The position numbers were made by a program, and so were the translations under genes. Shown here one piece after another: positions 52,127 through 62,062 of a stretch of DNA of 64,000 nucleotides (position 1 is its first letter; each line of letters opens with the position of its first letter). This stretch comes from Acidobacteriota bacterium (lineage in GTDB: Bacteria; Acidobacteriota; UBA6911). Below the pieces are notes generated by a model, which was not told the DNA's origin, did not search any database, and saw nothing but the letters and a program-made list of their open reading frames with translations. The DNA is taken from contig OY761556.1 in the NCBI GenBank assembly GCA_963664705.1, forward strand, positions 800,001-864,000, read 5' to 3'.

Positions 52127-53671
52127 CTAGAATGGCGGAATTCCGTGCTTGCGCGTCGGACGGCTTTCCTCTTTGTTGCGCGTCATTTTCAAAGCGTGGG
52201 TAATATAGGCCCGTGTTTCCTCCGGCGCGATCACCGCATCTACGTAACCGCTGGAGGCTGCGACGTACGGATTGGCGAATTTGTCGGAGTATTCCTTGAC
52301 CTTGAGCTTGCGCATCTCTTCCGGGTGCTTTGCGGACATTATTTCGCTGCGGAAGATTATATTGGCGGCGCCTTCCGGACCCATGACCGCAATCTCGGCT
52401 ATGGGCCATGCAAAAACGAAGTCCGCGCGAAGATGATGCGAGCACATCGCGATATAGCCGCCGCCATAGGCTTTGCGCAGAATCAGGGTAATTTTCGGCA
52501 CGGTGGCTTCGCTATAGGCATATAAAACCTTGGCGCCGTGGCGGATAACACCGGCGTGTTCCTGATCGGATCCCGGCAGATATCCCGGGATGTCCACCAG
52601 CGTGAGCAGCGGTATATTGAAAGAATCGCAGAAACGGATAAAGCGCGCGATCTTGTCGGACGCGTCCACATCCAGCACGCCCGCGAGCACCAATGCCTGG
52701 TTTCCGATGATTCCAACGCTCTGACCATCGATGCGACCAAATCCGATCACCGCGTTGGGCGCGAACATTTCCTGAACTTCAAAGAATTCGGAATTGTCCA
52801 CGAGCGCGCGCACGATGTCTCTGACATCGAAGGGAACCTTGGAGTCCTTCGGGATCAAGGTTTCGATTTTAAATGTTTCGTGCGGGATCTTGGGCTCGGC
52901 GTCGGGAGCTTTTTCGCGGTTGCTGTTGGGCAGATAGCTGAACAGTTTGCGGATCTGCTCAAAGCACTCCCTTTCACTCCTGGCAAAGAAGTGGGCATTG
53001 CCTGCCAGTTCGGCCTGAACACGGGCTCCGCCGAGATCTTCCATTGAAATCTCTTCGCCAAGCACCGTCTTTACCACTTCCGGGCCGGTAATAAACATTT
53101 TGGAAATCTGGTCGACGACAAAAACGAAATCGGTAAGGGCTGGCGAGTAGACGGCTCCTCCGGCGCATGGGCCCAGGATAACCGAGATCTGTGGAACTAC
53201 TCCGGAAGCCAGGGTGTTGCGATAGAAAATTTCTCCATAGCCGGCGAGTGAATTAACGCCTTCCTGGATCCGCGCTCCCCCCGAATCGTTGATTCCGATG
53301 ACCGGGATTCCCATCTTGACGGCATGATCCATGATCTTTGTGATTTTGCGCGCATGCATCAATCCCAGCGACCCGCCGGCAACGGTGAAGTCCTGTGCGT
53401 AAATACAAATCGGCCGGCCGCCAATGGTCCCGGAGCCGGTAATAACACCGTCGGCCGCCAGTTCCTTATTGTCCATGCCGAAATCGCGGCAGTTGTGTTC
53501 TACGAAAAGGTCGTATTCGTGAAAGGAGCCCGGATCGAGCAGCGCGGCAATTCTTTCTCGCGCCGTCATTTTCCCGACAGCCTTCTGTTTGCTGATGGCC
53601 TGCTCGCCACCGCCTTTGGAGATATTTGATTTCTTCGTGAAGAAATCGACGATCCTTTGCATGACAGACAT
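52127..53671 (-). CDS. Acyl-CoA carboxyltransferase (PccB/MmdA-like)
   Basis: TARERI, DSGGARIQEG, GPCAGGAVYSP, RKAYGG, KHGIPP. Confidence 0.95.
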   Translation of the reverse strand: MSVMQRIVDFFTKKSNISKGGGEQAISKQKAVGKMTARERIAALLDPGSFHEYDLFVEHNCRDFGMDNKELAADGVITGSGTIGGRPICIYAQDFTVAGGSLGLMHARKITKIMDHAVKMGIPVIGINDSGGARIQEGVNSLAGYGEIFYRNTLASGVVPQISVILGPCAGGAVYSPALTDFVFVVDQISKMFITGPEVVKTVLGEEISMEDLGGARVQAELAGNAHFFARSERECFEQIRKLFSYLPNSNREKAPDAEPKIPHETFKIETLIPKDSKVPFDVRDIVRALVDNSEFFEVQEMFAPNAVIGFGRIDGQSVGIIGNQALVLAGVLDVDASDKIARFIRFCDSFNIPLLTLVDIPGYLPGSDQEHAGVIRHGAKVLYAYSEATVPKITLILRKAYGGGYIAMCSHHLRADFVFAWPIAEIAVMGPEGAANIIFRSEIMSAKHPEEMRKLKVKEYSDKFANPYVAASSGYVDAVIAPEETRAYITHALKMTRNKEESRPTRKHGIPPF

Positions 53672-53810
53672 AATTGCCCCTCGGTCTCCTAGCCAAAAAG
53701 TCGCATCAGTACGCAGAGAAGATGCGAGTTTAGCAGAAAAAAGCCGTCTGGGAAGCTGCAATTTAGGTGGATGCCAATCGCGATTCCCGAACCGCCTGGC
53801 TGCTCACCCC

Positions 53811-54809
53811 CTACTGTCCTCCGCCTTCCGCAACATAGACCTGTGGATTGACGCAATTTGGCAGGCGCTCCCGCTTCAACCCGGCGATCAGGTTTTCCGC
53901 GGCCATGCTTGCCATCTTGTTGCGGGTTTGAAAGCTTGCGCTCGCAATGTGAGGCGCAACGATGATGTTGTCCAGCGACAACAACGGGTCGTTTGCGCGG
54001 ATAGGTTCGGGTTCTGTTACATCCAGCGCGGCGTAGGCGATGGTGCCAGCAGATAGCGCGTGGTAGAGGGCCACGGGGTCGACGATTGGCCCGCGCGCGG
54101 TGTTGATCAGGATGCTGCTTGGTTTCATCATCCTCAGGCGGGTTTCATTGATGAGATGGTGCGTTTGCTCGGAAAGTACCGTGTGCAGCGAAACAAAATC
54201 GGATTCTTGAAGCAGGGTATCCAGGTCGGCATATTGTGCACCAAGCTGCTGCTCCGCGTCGGGCTGGCGCTTCCTGTCAAAATACAGAATGCGCATATCG
54301 AAGCCGCGGGCACGGCGTGCCACAGCCTGCCCGATCCGTCCAAACCCGATAAGGCCCAAAGTAGCGCCCGTTATATCGGGTCCGAGAAAATCGACCGGCC
54401 CCCACGTTTTCCATTTGCCGGCCCGTGTGAATTTATCCCCCTCCACAACTCGGCGCGCTGCCGCCATCAGGAGTGTCCACGCAAAATCAGCCGTAGTGTC
54501 GGTGAGAACGCCGGGCGTATTTCCGACTGGAATGCCTTTCTCGGTGGCCGCGGTCACGTCTATGTTGTCAAAGCCCACAGCCATCTGGCTGATGACCCTT
54601 ATTTGCGGGCCGATGGAGTCCATAAGGGCCGCATCGATCCTGTCGGTCAGCAGGCATAAAAGCGCGTCGACGCCCTTTGCCTTTTTCAGTAAAACTTCGT
54701 GCGGCGGCGGGAGCGCATCGGGCCAGATCTCGATATCCGCTTCCTTCCGGATCATTTCAAGTCCCACTGCCGGGATGATGCGAGTAACAAAAACTTTGGA
54801 CTTTGCCAT
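53811..54809 (-). CDS. D-2-hydroxyacid dehydrogenase (glyoxylate/hydroxypyruvate reductase, GyaR-like)
   Basis: AVGFDNID, NTPGVLT, GFGRIG, INTARG, LDVTEPEP, PHIASA. Confidence 0.93.
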   Translation of the reverse strand: MAKSKVFVTRIIPAVGLEMIRKEADIEIWPDALPPPHEVLLKKAKGVDALLCLLTDRIDAALMDSIGPQIRVISQMAVGFDNIDVTAATEKGIPVGNTPGVLTDTTADFAWTLLMAAARRVVEGDKFTRAGKWKTWGPVDFLGPDITGATLGLIGFGRIGQAVARRARGFDMRILYFDRKRQPDAEQQLGAQYADLDTLLQESDFVSLHTVLSEQTHHLINETRLRMMKPSSILINTARGPIVDPVALYHALSAGTIAYAALDVTEPEPIRANDPLLSLDNIIVAPHIASASFQTRNKMASMAAENLIAGLKRERLPNCVNPQVYVAEGGGQ

Positions 54810-54840
54810 GGATATTCCTGGGAATGGTTTTGGATTCTCG

Positions 54841-54871
54841 GCAACTGGGAGTGTCCGGCACTCCCAGTTGC
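54841..54871. repeat. 13-bp perfect inverted repeat
   Basis: GCAACTGGGAGTG-TCCGG-CACTCCCAGTTGC. Confidence 0.6.
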
Positions 54872-54938
54872 GCAGAATTTCATCGGGGGACAATTCCCGG
54901 GTTGGGGATGTCTCTCCGACCAATATCAGACAGCAGCG

Positions 54939-55955
54939 TTATTGAATACCTTTTACCCACTCGAGGTTCTCTTTGATCAGGTTCGGTATGGGCAGGTCGT
55001 AGGGGCATCGCTCCATGCAGTCGCCGCACTCCGTGCATCCCAACGCTTTTTGCAGTGTGTTTGCGAGCATCGGAGATTTCAGGATAGCCGGACCGCCCCG
55101 CTTCACGAGCGATTTCACTCCCATCATGAATTGTATTGGAATTTCGACCGTGCAGGGCAGGCAGTAGTCGCAGCGGCGGCAGAATTTATTTTCGTATTCC
55201 TTGCTGACCTCAGCAATCAGACTCATTTCTTCCTGGGTCAAGACATAATCGCTCTCAAAAACAGACCAGTTCTGATCTATGCGCTGTTTGTCTTCAACCC
55301 CTGCAAGAACCAGGATGTTCTGATACGCAAAAATCCACTTTAGCGCGGCCGAAGCAGATTCAATGACTCCACCGGAAAAGGGCTTCATGGCCAGAATCCC
55401 CACCTGCTTGTCAATTGCCTTGGGTATGACTTTCTCCCGGGCAGCCGGCTCAAGAAAACTGAAGCAGACCATGATGGTTTCGAATAAACCATCATCGAGT
55501 ATCTGTTCCAAGAGATCAAGACTATGGCTGGTAATCCCGATATGGCCTATCAATCCCTCCTCTTTTGCCTTCTGAAGACCGTAAAGTGCACCTCCCGGCG
55601 CGGTGATCCGGAGGTATTCCTCTTTGCTGCTGATCCCGTGGCACTGGTAGATATCAATGTAATCCCGCTGGAGTTCCTTTAGGCTGATCTCCACATCTTT
55701 CCGGATGCTGTCGGCGGTGCGGCCGAAGGATTTTGTGGCCAGGGCCGCTTTTTTGTCCGTTTCCTTCAAAGCTTTGCCTATCCTTGTTTCGCTGGTCGTA
55801 TACATCCTGGAGGTGTCGATAAAGTCCATCCCCTTTTCGAGCGCATACTTAACGACCTCGATGGCTTCCGGCTCGCTGACCCTTTGAATCGGAATGCCGC
55901 CAAATCCAAACCTTGTGACTTCGATTCCTGTTTTTCCCAAAACTATTTTCTTCAT
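54939..55955 (-). CDS. Aldo/keto reductase with C-terminal 4Fe-4S dicluster
   Basis: LGKTG, FGGIPIQR, IDTSRMY, AMKP; CRRCDYCLPC and CTECGDCMERCP. Confidence 0.92.
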   Translation of the reverse strand: MKKIVLGKTGIEVTRFGFGGIPIQRVSEPEAIEVVKYALEKGMDFIDTSRMYTTSETRIGKALKETDKKAALATKSFGRTADSIRKDVEISLKELQRDYIDIYQCHGISSKEEYLRITAPGGALYGLQKAKEEGLIGHIGITSHSLDLLEQILDDGLFETIMVCFSFLEPAAREKVIPKAIDKQVGILAMKPFSGGVIESASAALKWIFAYQNILVLAGVEDKQRIDQNWSVFESDYVLTQEEMSLIAEVSKEYENKFCRRCDYCLPCTVEIPIQFMMGVKSLVKRGGPAILKSPMLANTLQKALGCTECGDCMERCPYDLPIPNLIKENLEWVKGIQ

Positions 55956-56438
55956 GTGTCTGACCTCGAATGCAGGATAGCTTACTCCTGAACCTTGTTC
56001 CAAGAAACCAACAAAAAAGCGGGACTGTCGGTGCGAGTACTTTCGAATCTATTCGTAGGAGGGGACTCCATTTGGTCATTGGTATTAAGAATCGTTTCCG
56101 ACATGGGCATAAAATGTGATAAAAAGATATGGGCAAATTGAGCAAAAGTCCGATGTCGGATGCTCGTGCGATTGTTGAATGCCGGCATCGGTTGATTCGT
56201 ATATGCCGCTGGAATGCCCCATAATGATGTATCTGTTTCGGAAGTTCAGCCAATGTCTGCGCCGCCGGGAGATTCCTCCGCGGCGGGTTTAGTGTGCTTG
56301 TGAGAATCCCGCTGGACCGAATTCAGGAATAGCAATTATTTACGGGGGCCAGTAGACCGATGCCGGAAGCGTTTTCCCCGGAGCCATCGGCGGTGGAAGC
56401 CCAGGGTTTTATAACATAAGAGTTAAGGGAGAAGTACG

Positions 56439-58091
56439 ATGATCGAAACAGAAATGGCCGATGCTTCACAGTCTGGTGGATCAAAGGTTATTAGCGCTGA
56501 CCAGGCAGCTGCTCTGATACAGGACGGCGTGACGCTGGCTGCCCCCATTATTGGTTTGGCCGGCTGGTCCGAGGAAATTGCGCAGGCGATTGCAAAACGT
56601 TATCGGGAAACGGGGCATCCGAAAGGCATCACATTGTTTTTGGGGTCCGCCGCCGGCAACCATAAAGACAAAGGGCCACAGACCATCGGGATCGAGGGAT
56701 TGGTTACCCGTTACATCGGCGCGCACATGCACGGATCCCCGGCCATTGGAAAGCTGATCCAGGAAAACAAGATGCTCATTTACTGTTTCCCCCAGGGCGT
56801 TGTGGTGCAGCTTCTGCGGGAAATTGCCGCGAAACGGCCGGGCATCATTACTAAAGTGGGGTTGGGCACGTTTGTTGATCCTCGGCAGGAGGGCGGCAAG
56901 CTCAACGATCTGACTCGCAATGAGCCTGACCTGAATGAGGTGGTGACTTTTAATGGCGAGGAGTACATCTGGTACAAGCCGGTACCCATCAATGTTGGTT
57001 TGATTCGTGGAACGCGGGCTGATGAGCGTGGAAACATAGCGATGGACAGGGAAGGAGCCAATCTCGAGGCTCTCCAGGTCGCGCAGGCTGCCAAGAATAG
57101 CGGCGGGATTGTCATTGCCCAGGTCGAGTATCTGGCGAAAGCCGGCACGCTTCACGCAAAGTCCATCCAGGTGCCAGGCGTGCTCGTCGACTATATCGTT
57201 GTTGCTAAGAATCCCCAGGAATGGCACATGCAGAGCGAAGGCATTTACTACCAGCCGGCGTTCAGCGGCGATGTGGTTATGCCCTTGGGCGCTCTCCCGA
57301 AACTTCCATTCGACGAACGTCTGTTCATTCTTCGCCGTGCAGCCATGGAGCTTACTCCCAATTCTGTTGTCAATCTGGGGATCGGTATTCCGGACCGGCT
57401 CGCGACGGTTGCGGCTCATGAGGGCGTGACCGATATGCTGACTCTCACCACCGAAGTCGGCGGTGTCGGTGGCGTGCCGGCAGGCTGGCCCAATTTTGGC
57501 ATGAGTTACAACGCAGAGGCTTTCGTTTGCCATCCCAATATGTTCGACTGGTACGATGGCGGTGGGATCGATCAGGCTTTCCTCGGGATGGGAGAAATCG
57601 ATCAGCACGGCAATGTCAATGTGAGCAAGTTCAACGGCAGGCCGATCGGATGCGGCGGATTTATCAACATCACCACTGCATCAAAGAAGGTTGTCTATTG
57701 CGGCACCTTTACGACAGAGGGCCTCAAAGTTACGGCCGAGGATGGCAAGGTCAAGATTTTGCAGGAAGGGAAAAAGCTCAAATTCATCGATCACGTGGAG
57801 CAAATTACCTTCAGCGGCAAATATGCGGCCAAGAACAAGAAGCCCATTCTCTATGTGACTGAGCGCGCGGTGTTCCAGTTGATTGATGGCGAAATCACTC
57901 TTGTGGAGATTGCTCCGGGAATCGATATCGAGAAAGATATTTTCGCGCACATGGAATTCAAGCCCAAGGTTGCGGCCAACCTGAAATCGATGCCGCCGGA
58001 GATTTTCTATCCGGAGTGGGGACGGCTCAAGCAGATTATTGAAGCCAAGCGTCAGGACGCGGCAGCCCAGGCTGCTGGAACAGCCAAGTAG
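56439..58091 (+). CDS. Family I acyl-CoA:carboxylate CoA-transferase (Pct/YdiF-like)
   Basis: PQG, VGLGTFVDPR, VNLGIGIP, catalytic TEVG, GNVNVSKF, GGFINI, YVTERAVF. Confidence 0.93.
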   Translation: MIETEMADASQSGGSKVISADQAAALIQDGVTLAAPIIGLAGWSEEIAQAIAKRYRETGHPKGITLFLGSAAGNHKDKGPQTIGIEGLVTRYIGAHMHGSPAIGKLIQENKMLIYCFPQGVVVQLLREIAAKRPGIITKVGLGTFVDPRQEGGKLNDLTRNEPDLNEVVTFNGEEYIWYKPVPINVGLIRGTRADERGNIAMDREGANLEALQVAQAAKNSGGIVIAQVEYLAKAGTLHAKSIQVPGVLVDYIVVAKNPQEWHMQSEGIYYQPAFSGDVVMPLGALPKLPFDERLFILRRAAMELTPNSVVNLGIGIPDRLATVAAHEGVTDMLTLTTEVGGVGGVPAGWPNFGMSYNAEAFVCHPNMFDWYDGGGIDQAFLGMGEIDQHGNVNVSKFNGRPIGCGGFINITTASKKVVYCGTFTTEGLKVTAEDGKVKILQEGKKLKFIDHVEQITFSGKYAAKNKKPILYVTERAVFQLIDGEITLVEIAPGIDIEKDIFAHMEFKPKVAANLKSMPPEIFYPEWGRLKQIIEAKRQDAAAQAAGTAK

Positions 58092-58106
58092 ATTTTTTCC
58101 GAAAGG

Positions 58107-58155
58107 GGCCGCCAATCCCGCATGGTTACGGAGTTGGCGGCCTGATTTTTTTTTT
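58107..58155 (+). terminator. Rho-independent terminator
   Basis: GGCCGCCAAT...GTTGGCGGCC followed by a T-tract. Confidence 0.75.
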
Positions 58156-58375
58156 CGGACGTGTGATTCCGTTTGATATTGTAGGTGAATTTCAAAACTC
58201 CGGGATGACATTGACCATTTTTTGCTGTAATATTGGCAATGCGTTTCAACTACTAACAAAAAGAGAAACCGAAAAGACGTCTTTGTTGACGCTGCAGTTA
58301 CGAACACCGGATCGAACTCGCAGAGAAGCTTTCAGTCGTCAAAAACAACAATGACTTCATTGTAAAGGTGAAGCG

Positions 58376-59818
58376 ATGAGCTCTGTAAATATTGGCAGAT
58401 TAAAGGAAATAGTCGGAGAAGTGAATGTTCGGGATAACATAGCCGACCTGTATGTCTATGGTTCCGATTCTTCCGTCCACGAAGCAATGCCGAACGCCAT
58501 TGTCCGGCCGCAGAACACTGAACAGGTTCAGGAAATCATGCGGTACGCAAATGGTGAGAAAGTACCAATCATTCCGCGTGGGTCCGGTTCGGGTATGTGC
58601 GGCCAGGTAGTGCCGGTTCAAGGGGGCATTATCCTTGACATGAAGGGCATGAACCGAATCCTCGAAATTAACCCGCAAGATGGCTATTGCCGCGTAGAAC
58701 CGGGAGTCGTTGATGATGATCTGAATAGAGCGCTGAAACCATTCGGCGTATTCTATCCGCCGACCCCGGCGTCCAGCTGCGTGGCAACCATTGCCGGCGA
58801 AATCGCCAATAACGCTTCCGGCGGACGGTCAGTGAAATACGGCGCCGCCCGTGATGCGATCCTCTCCATGAAAGTTGTCATGCCGAATGGCGACCACCTT
58901 TCATTTGGATCCAGCACGCGTGTGGCTGCGTCCGGATATCCGCTGGAACGGCTCATGGTCGGATCGGAAGGAACGCTGGCCGTTATCACGGAAGCCTGCA
59001 TGCGCTTCGTGCCAATACCCAAGCTTCGTTGCCTGGGCATTGCCAAATTCAACCAACTCGGAGAAGCAGGAGATGCGATTTCCGATATCATGGGCAGCGG
59101 TTGCCAGCCTTCCATGTTGGAACTCATCGACAAGGTTGCGATCATCGCCGCGAACAAGGCTGCGAAGCTGGGATTGCCCGAAGTTGAGGCGATTCTTCTT
59201 TTCGAAGCGGACGGAATGACGAAAGACCTGATCGATGCCGAGATGGCCAAGATTCAGAAGATCTGCGAAAAGCATAACTGCTTCGGTATGGAGAGCAGCT
59301 ACGAGGAGAAGGAAAGAACGCGGATTTGGGCCGGACGCGCCAAATTGTTCCCGGCTCTTTCAAAATACGACGATCGCCTTGCCTCCACATCATTGGCTGA
59401 TGATATGGCAGTGCCATTCTCCAAAATGGCGGCAACAGCCGAGAAGATCCATGAAGTGGCCGAGAAACATGGGCTCGTAATGACTGCCTACGGGCACTGT
59501 GGTGCCGGTTGCATGCACACCAAGATATTGATGGATACTGACCGGGAGTTCCAATGGGAAGGCGCCCGGGATGCCGTTGCCGAGATTTATGATTTTGTTC
59601 GCTCGGTTGGCGGTACCACCTCTGCGGAACATGGCATCGGATTGTCCAAAGCCGCAGCGTTCAAGAGGGAAAAGCAACCCAGCCTTGAACTGATGCGTGC
59701 GATCAAGCGCGCGTTTGATCCCAACAATATTTTGAATCCTGGAAAACTCATGGACGGCCCGGACGATTGGGTCGAGGCGACAAATTTGCGGTATCAAGTT
59801 TCGAAGGCGGGAAATTAA
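58376..59818 (+). CDS. FAD-linked 2-hydroxyacid dehydrogenase (GlcD/LctD, D-lactate dehydrogenase-like)
   Basis: PRGSGSG, VEPGV, GSEGTL, GHCGAGCMH, SAEHGIG, DPNNILNPGK. Confidence 0.93.
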   Translation: MSSVNIGRLKEIVGEVNVRDNIADLYVYGSDSSVHEAMPNAIVRPQNTEQVQEIMRYANGEKVPIIPRGSGSGMCGQVVPVQGGIILDMKGMNRILEINPQDGYCRVEPGVVDDDLNRALKPFGVFYPPTPASSCVATIAGEIANNASGGRSVKYGAARDAILSMKVVMPNGDHLSFGSSTRVAASGYPLERLMVGSEGTLAVITEACMRFVPIPKLRCLGIAKFNQLGEAGDAISDIMGSGCQPSMLELIDKVAIIAANKAAKLGLPEVEAILLFEADGMTKDLIDAEMAKIQKICEKHNCFGMESSYEEKERTRIWAGRAKLFPALSKYDDRLASTSLADDMAVPFSKMAATAEKIHEVAEKHGLVMTAYGHCGAGCMHTKILMDTDREFQWEGARDAVAEIYDFVRSVGGTTSAEHGIGLSKAAAFKREKQPSLELMRAIKRAFDPNNILNPGKLMDGPDDWVEATNLRYQVSKAGN

Positions 59819-60759
59819 TGAGAGACATCACCAAATTAGAAAAATGGAAGCTTGCGCTCAATAAGTGCATCCGTTGCGGTTACTGTTATGAACACTGCCC
59901 GATCTACAAATCCACACGGTGGGAAATTGATAGCCCTCGTGGCAAGCTGATTCTGCTCTACGGAATGCTCAGCGGAGAACTGGAGCCGTCCGATTACATC
60001 GCCACCAAGATTTTTGATTGCTTCCACTGCAACCGCTGCGTGAAGGCCTGTTCTTCCGGCGTGCCGCTACAGGATGTCTATAATGATTCCAGGTCGTTCT
60101 TCCTGGAAGCCGGGTACGACGTCGTCGGAACCACCTCCATGACCAAGCACGAAGATTGTGCGCGCTGTCTGAACTGCGTGCGCATGTGCAAACATGAAGC
60201 CCGGAAGTATGTGGACGGAAAGATTGTCACGGACCGTCTGAAATGCCAGAGCTGCGGCAGCTGTATCGATATCTGCCCGGCGCAGGGTGTCAGCATTCAG
60301 CACGGTTTTGGTACCAATCCGAACGAGCTTCTTGATGAGGTGCAAGCCTACTTCGGGAATCCGGAAAACAAAGATGCCAAGGCTATCGTGTTTTCCTGCG
60401 GATATTCCAGCTATCCGGGGCTTCAGACCGCGCAGTACGACAAGTTCGTGATCAGCAACGAATACAAGATCCTGGTGACCGCGTGCAGCGGACGCCTGAA
60501 ATCGAATACTGTTCTGGAAACAATGGAGCGTGGAGCCTGGGGCGTCCTGATCTGCTGCTGCCCGGAAGATGAATGCGAGCACGGCGGAAGTCCGCGAGTG
60601 AAGGCGCGCATGAAGGCCCTGACAAGCTCTCTCGAGAGACTCGACATCAACCCGAAGCGGCTGCAGGTGGTTGAAGTGCCGCCGGGGAATCCGGGGCAGT
60701 TTACCAACGCTACGAAGGCTTTCATGGAAGATATCCGAAGCATCGGGCCTTTAGTATAA
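59818..60759 (+). CDS. Fe-S fusion protein: GlcF/HdrC-like dicluster, ferredoxin dicluster and MvhD/FlxD domain
   Basis: Four CxxCxxCxxxC motifs, SPRG, then FSCGYS, CSGR and CPEDECEH; TAATG overlap. Confidence 0.88.
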   Translation: MRDITKLEKWKLALNKCIRCGYCYEHCPIYKSTRWEIDSPRGKLILLYGMLSGELEPSDYIATKIFDCFHCNRCVKACSSGVPLQDVYNDSRSFFLEAGYDVVGTTSMTKHEDCARCLNCVRMCKHEARKYVDGKIVTDRLKCQSCGSCIDICPAQGVSIQHGFGTNPNELLDEVQAYFGNPENKDAKAIVFSCGYSSYPGLQTAQYDKFVISNEYKILVTACSGRLKSNTVLETMERGAWGVLICCCPEDECEHGGSPRVKARMKALTSSLERLDINPKRLQVVEVPPGNPGQFTNATKAFMEDIRSIGPLV

Positions 60760-60769
60760 GGAGTTGCCA

Positions 60770-62044
60770 ATGAAGCTAAGTGTTGCATACGGCAAAGATG
60801 GAAAGCTCGAGGCCGAAATCGACGAAAAGCGTGTTCTTGGGCTCATTGAACCCAATGAAGTCGAGATCGGCGATGAAACGGAAGTCATCCGGCAAGCGTT
60901 GGCGAGTCCCCACGGGTATGAAAGCCTGCGGGAATTCCTGAAGGATGCCCGGGATGTGCTGTTCATTGTGAATGACCCGACGCGGCCGACGCCAACGTCG
61001 CGCGTGCTTCAGTTGATTCAGGATGACATTGCCGGTCACAAGGTCAGTTTTATTGTGGCCACCGGAATCCACCGGAAGCCGACGGATGAAGAATACGTCC
61101 AGATATTCGGCGAGAAGCTTTATGCCAAATACAAGGATTGTATTTTCGTCCATGATGCCAGGAAGAGCGAGGATATGGTCTTCCTCGGAACGTCGAAAAA
61201 CGGCACCGAGATGAAGGTCAACAAGCTGGGCGTCGAAGCGCACAAAATCGTCATCATTACTTCGGTGGAACCCCACTATTTTGCGGGATACACCGGCGGG
61301 CGCAAGTCGTTCCTGCCCGGCATTGCTTCGTATGAAACGATCACGCAGAATCACAAGCTCGCGCTGAAACGTGAAGCCTGTGCGCTCAAGCTCGAGGGCA
61401 ATCCTGTTCATGAGGACATGATTGATGCCCTCAGCACGGTGAAGAAGGAAATTTTTGTAATCAATACGGTTCTGGACAAGAACCATCGTATTTATGCTGC
61501 CGCCGCCGGGGACATCTATAAGTCTTTTGAGGCAGCGGTTGCGAAGGCGAATGATGTATTTGTAGCCAAGATCCCGGAAAAAGCGGATATCGTCGTTTCT
61601 GTCGCTAAATTCCCTTCCGATATCGATCTCTATCAGGCTCAGAAGGGAATCGATAACGCGAAACATGCGTTGAAGGAAGGCGGCATCCTGATTTTGGTTT
61701 CAAAGTGCCGTACAGGCATTGGCGAGGATTCGTTCGTCAAGCTTTTAAGCTCTGCAAGTTCGCCGCAGGATGCTCTGGACCGCATCGAGAAGAAATTCGT
61801 TGTGGGCTACCATAAAGCGGCCAAGATGGCGGAAGTCGGGATTTGGGCACAAACCTGGGGCGTTACGGATCTCGATCCCAAACTGCTTGAAAGCATCTTC
61901 ATCAAGCCCTTTTCTTCGCTGCAGACGGCCCTGGATGCCGCTCTGGCGGAGAAAGGAAAAGATGCCAAAGTCCTGGTGTTGCTCGACGGCAGTCTGACCA
62001 TTCCGTTCGTGCAACAGCAGACAGCCTCAGGCAAGAACGCCTAG
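60770..62044 (+). CDS. larA: Nickel-pincer lactate racemase family protein
   Basis: NDPTRPTP, ATGIHR, EPHYFAGYTGGRKS, QNH, YQAQK; AAGGAG RBS. Confidence 0.92.
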   Translation: MKLSVAYGKDGKLEAEIDEKRVLGLIEPNEVEIGDETEVIRQALASPHGYESLREFLKDARDVLFIVNDPTRPTPTSRVLQLIQDDIAGHKVSFIVATGIHRKPTDEEYVQIFGEKLYAKYKDCIFVHDARKSEDMVFLGTSKNGTEMKVNKLGVEAHKIVIITSVEPHYFAGYTGGRKSFLPGIASYETITQNHKLALKREACALKLEGNPVHEDMIDALSTVKKEIFVINTVLDKNHRIYAAAAGDIYKSFEAAVAKANDVFVAKIPEKADIVVSVAKFPSDIDLYQAQKGIDNAKHALKEGGILILVSKCRTGIGEDSFVKLLSSASSPQDALDRIEKKFVVGYHKAAKMAEVGIWAQTWGVTDLDPKLLESIFIKPFSSLQTALDAALAEKGKDAKVLVLLDGSLTIPFVQQQTASGKNA

Positions 62045-62062
62045 CAAATGGAGGAATAGATA

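Noticed and set aside
56098-56161. TCCGACAT/ATGTCGGA inverted repeat in the divergent AKR-pct promoter region
   Set aside because: Only 8 bp with wide spacing and no cognate regulator in the window; could be chance
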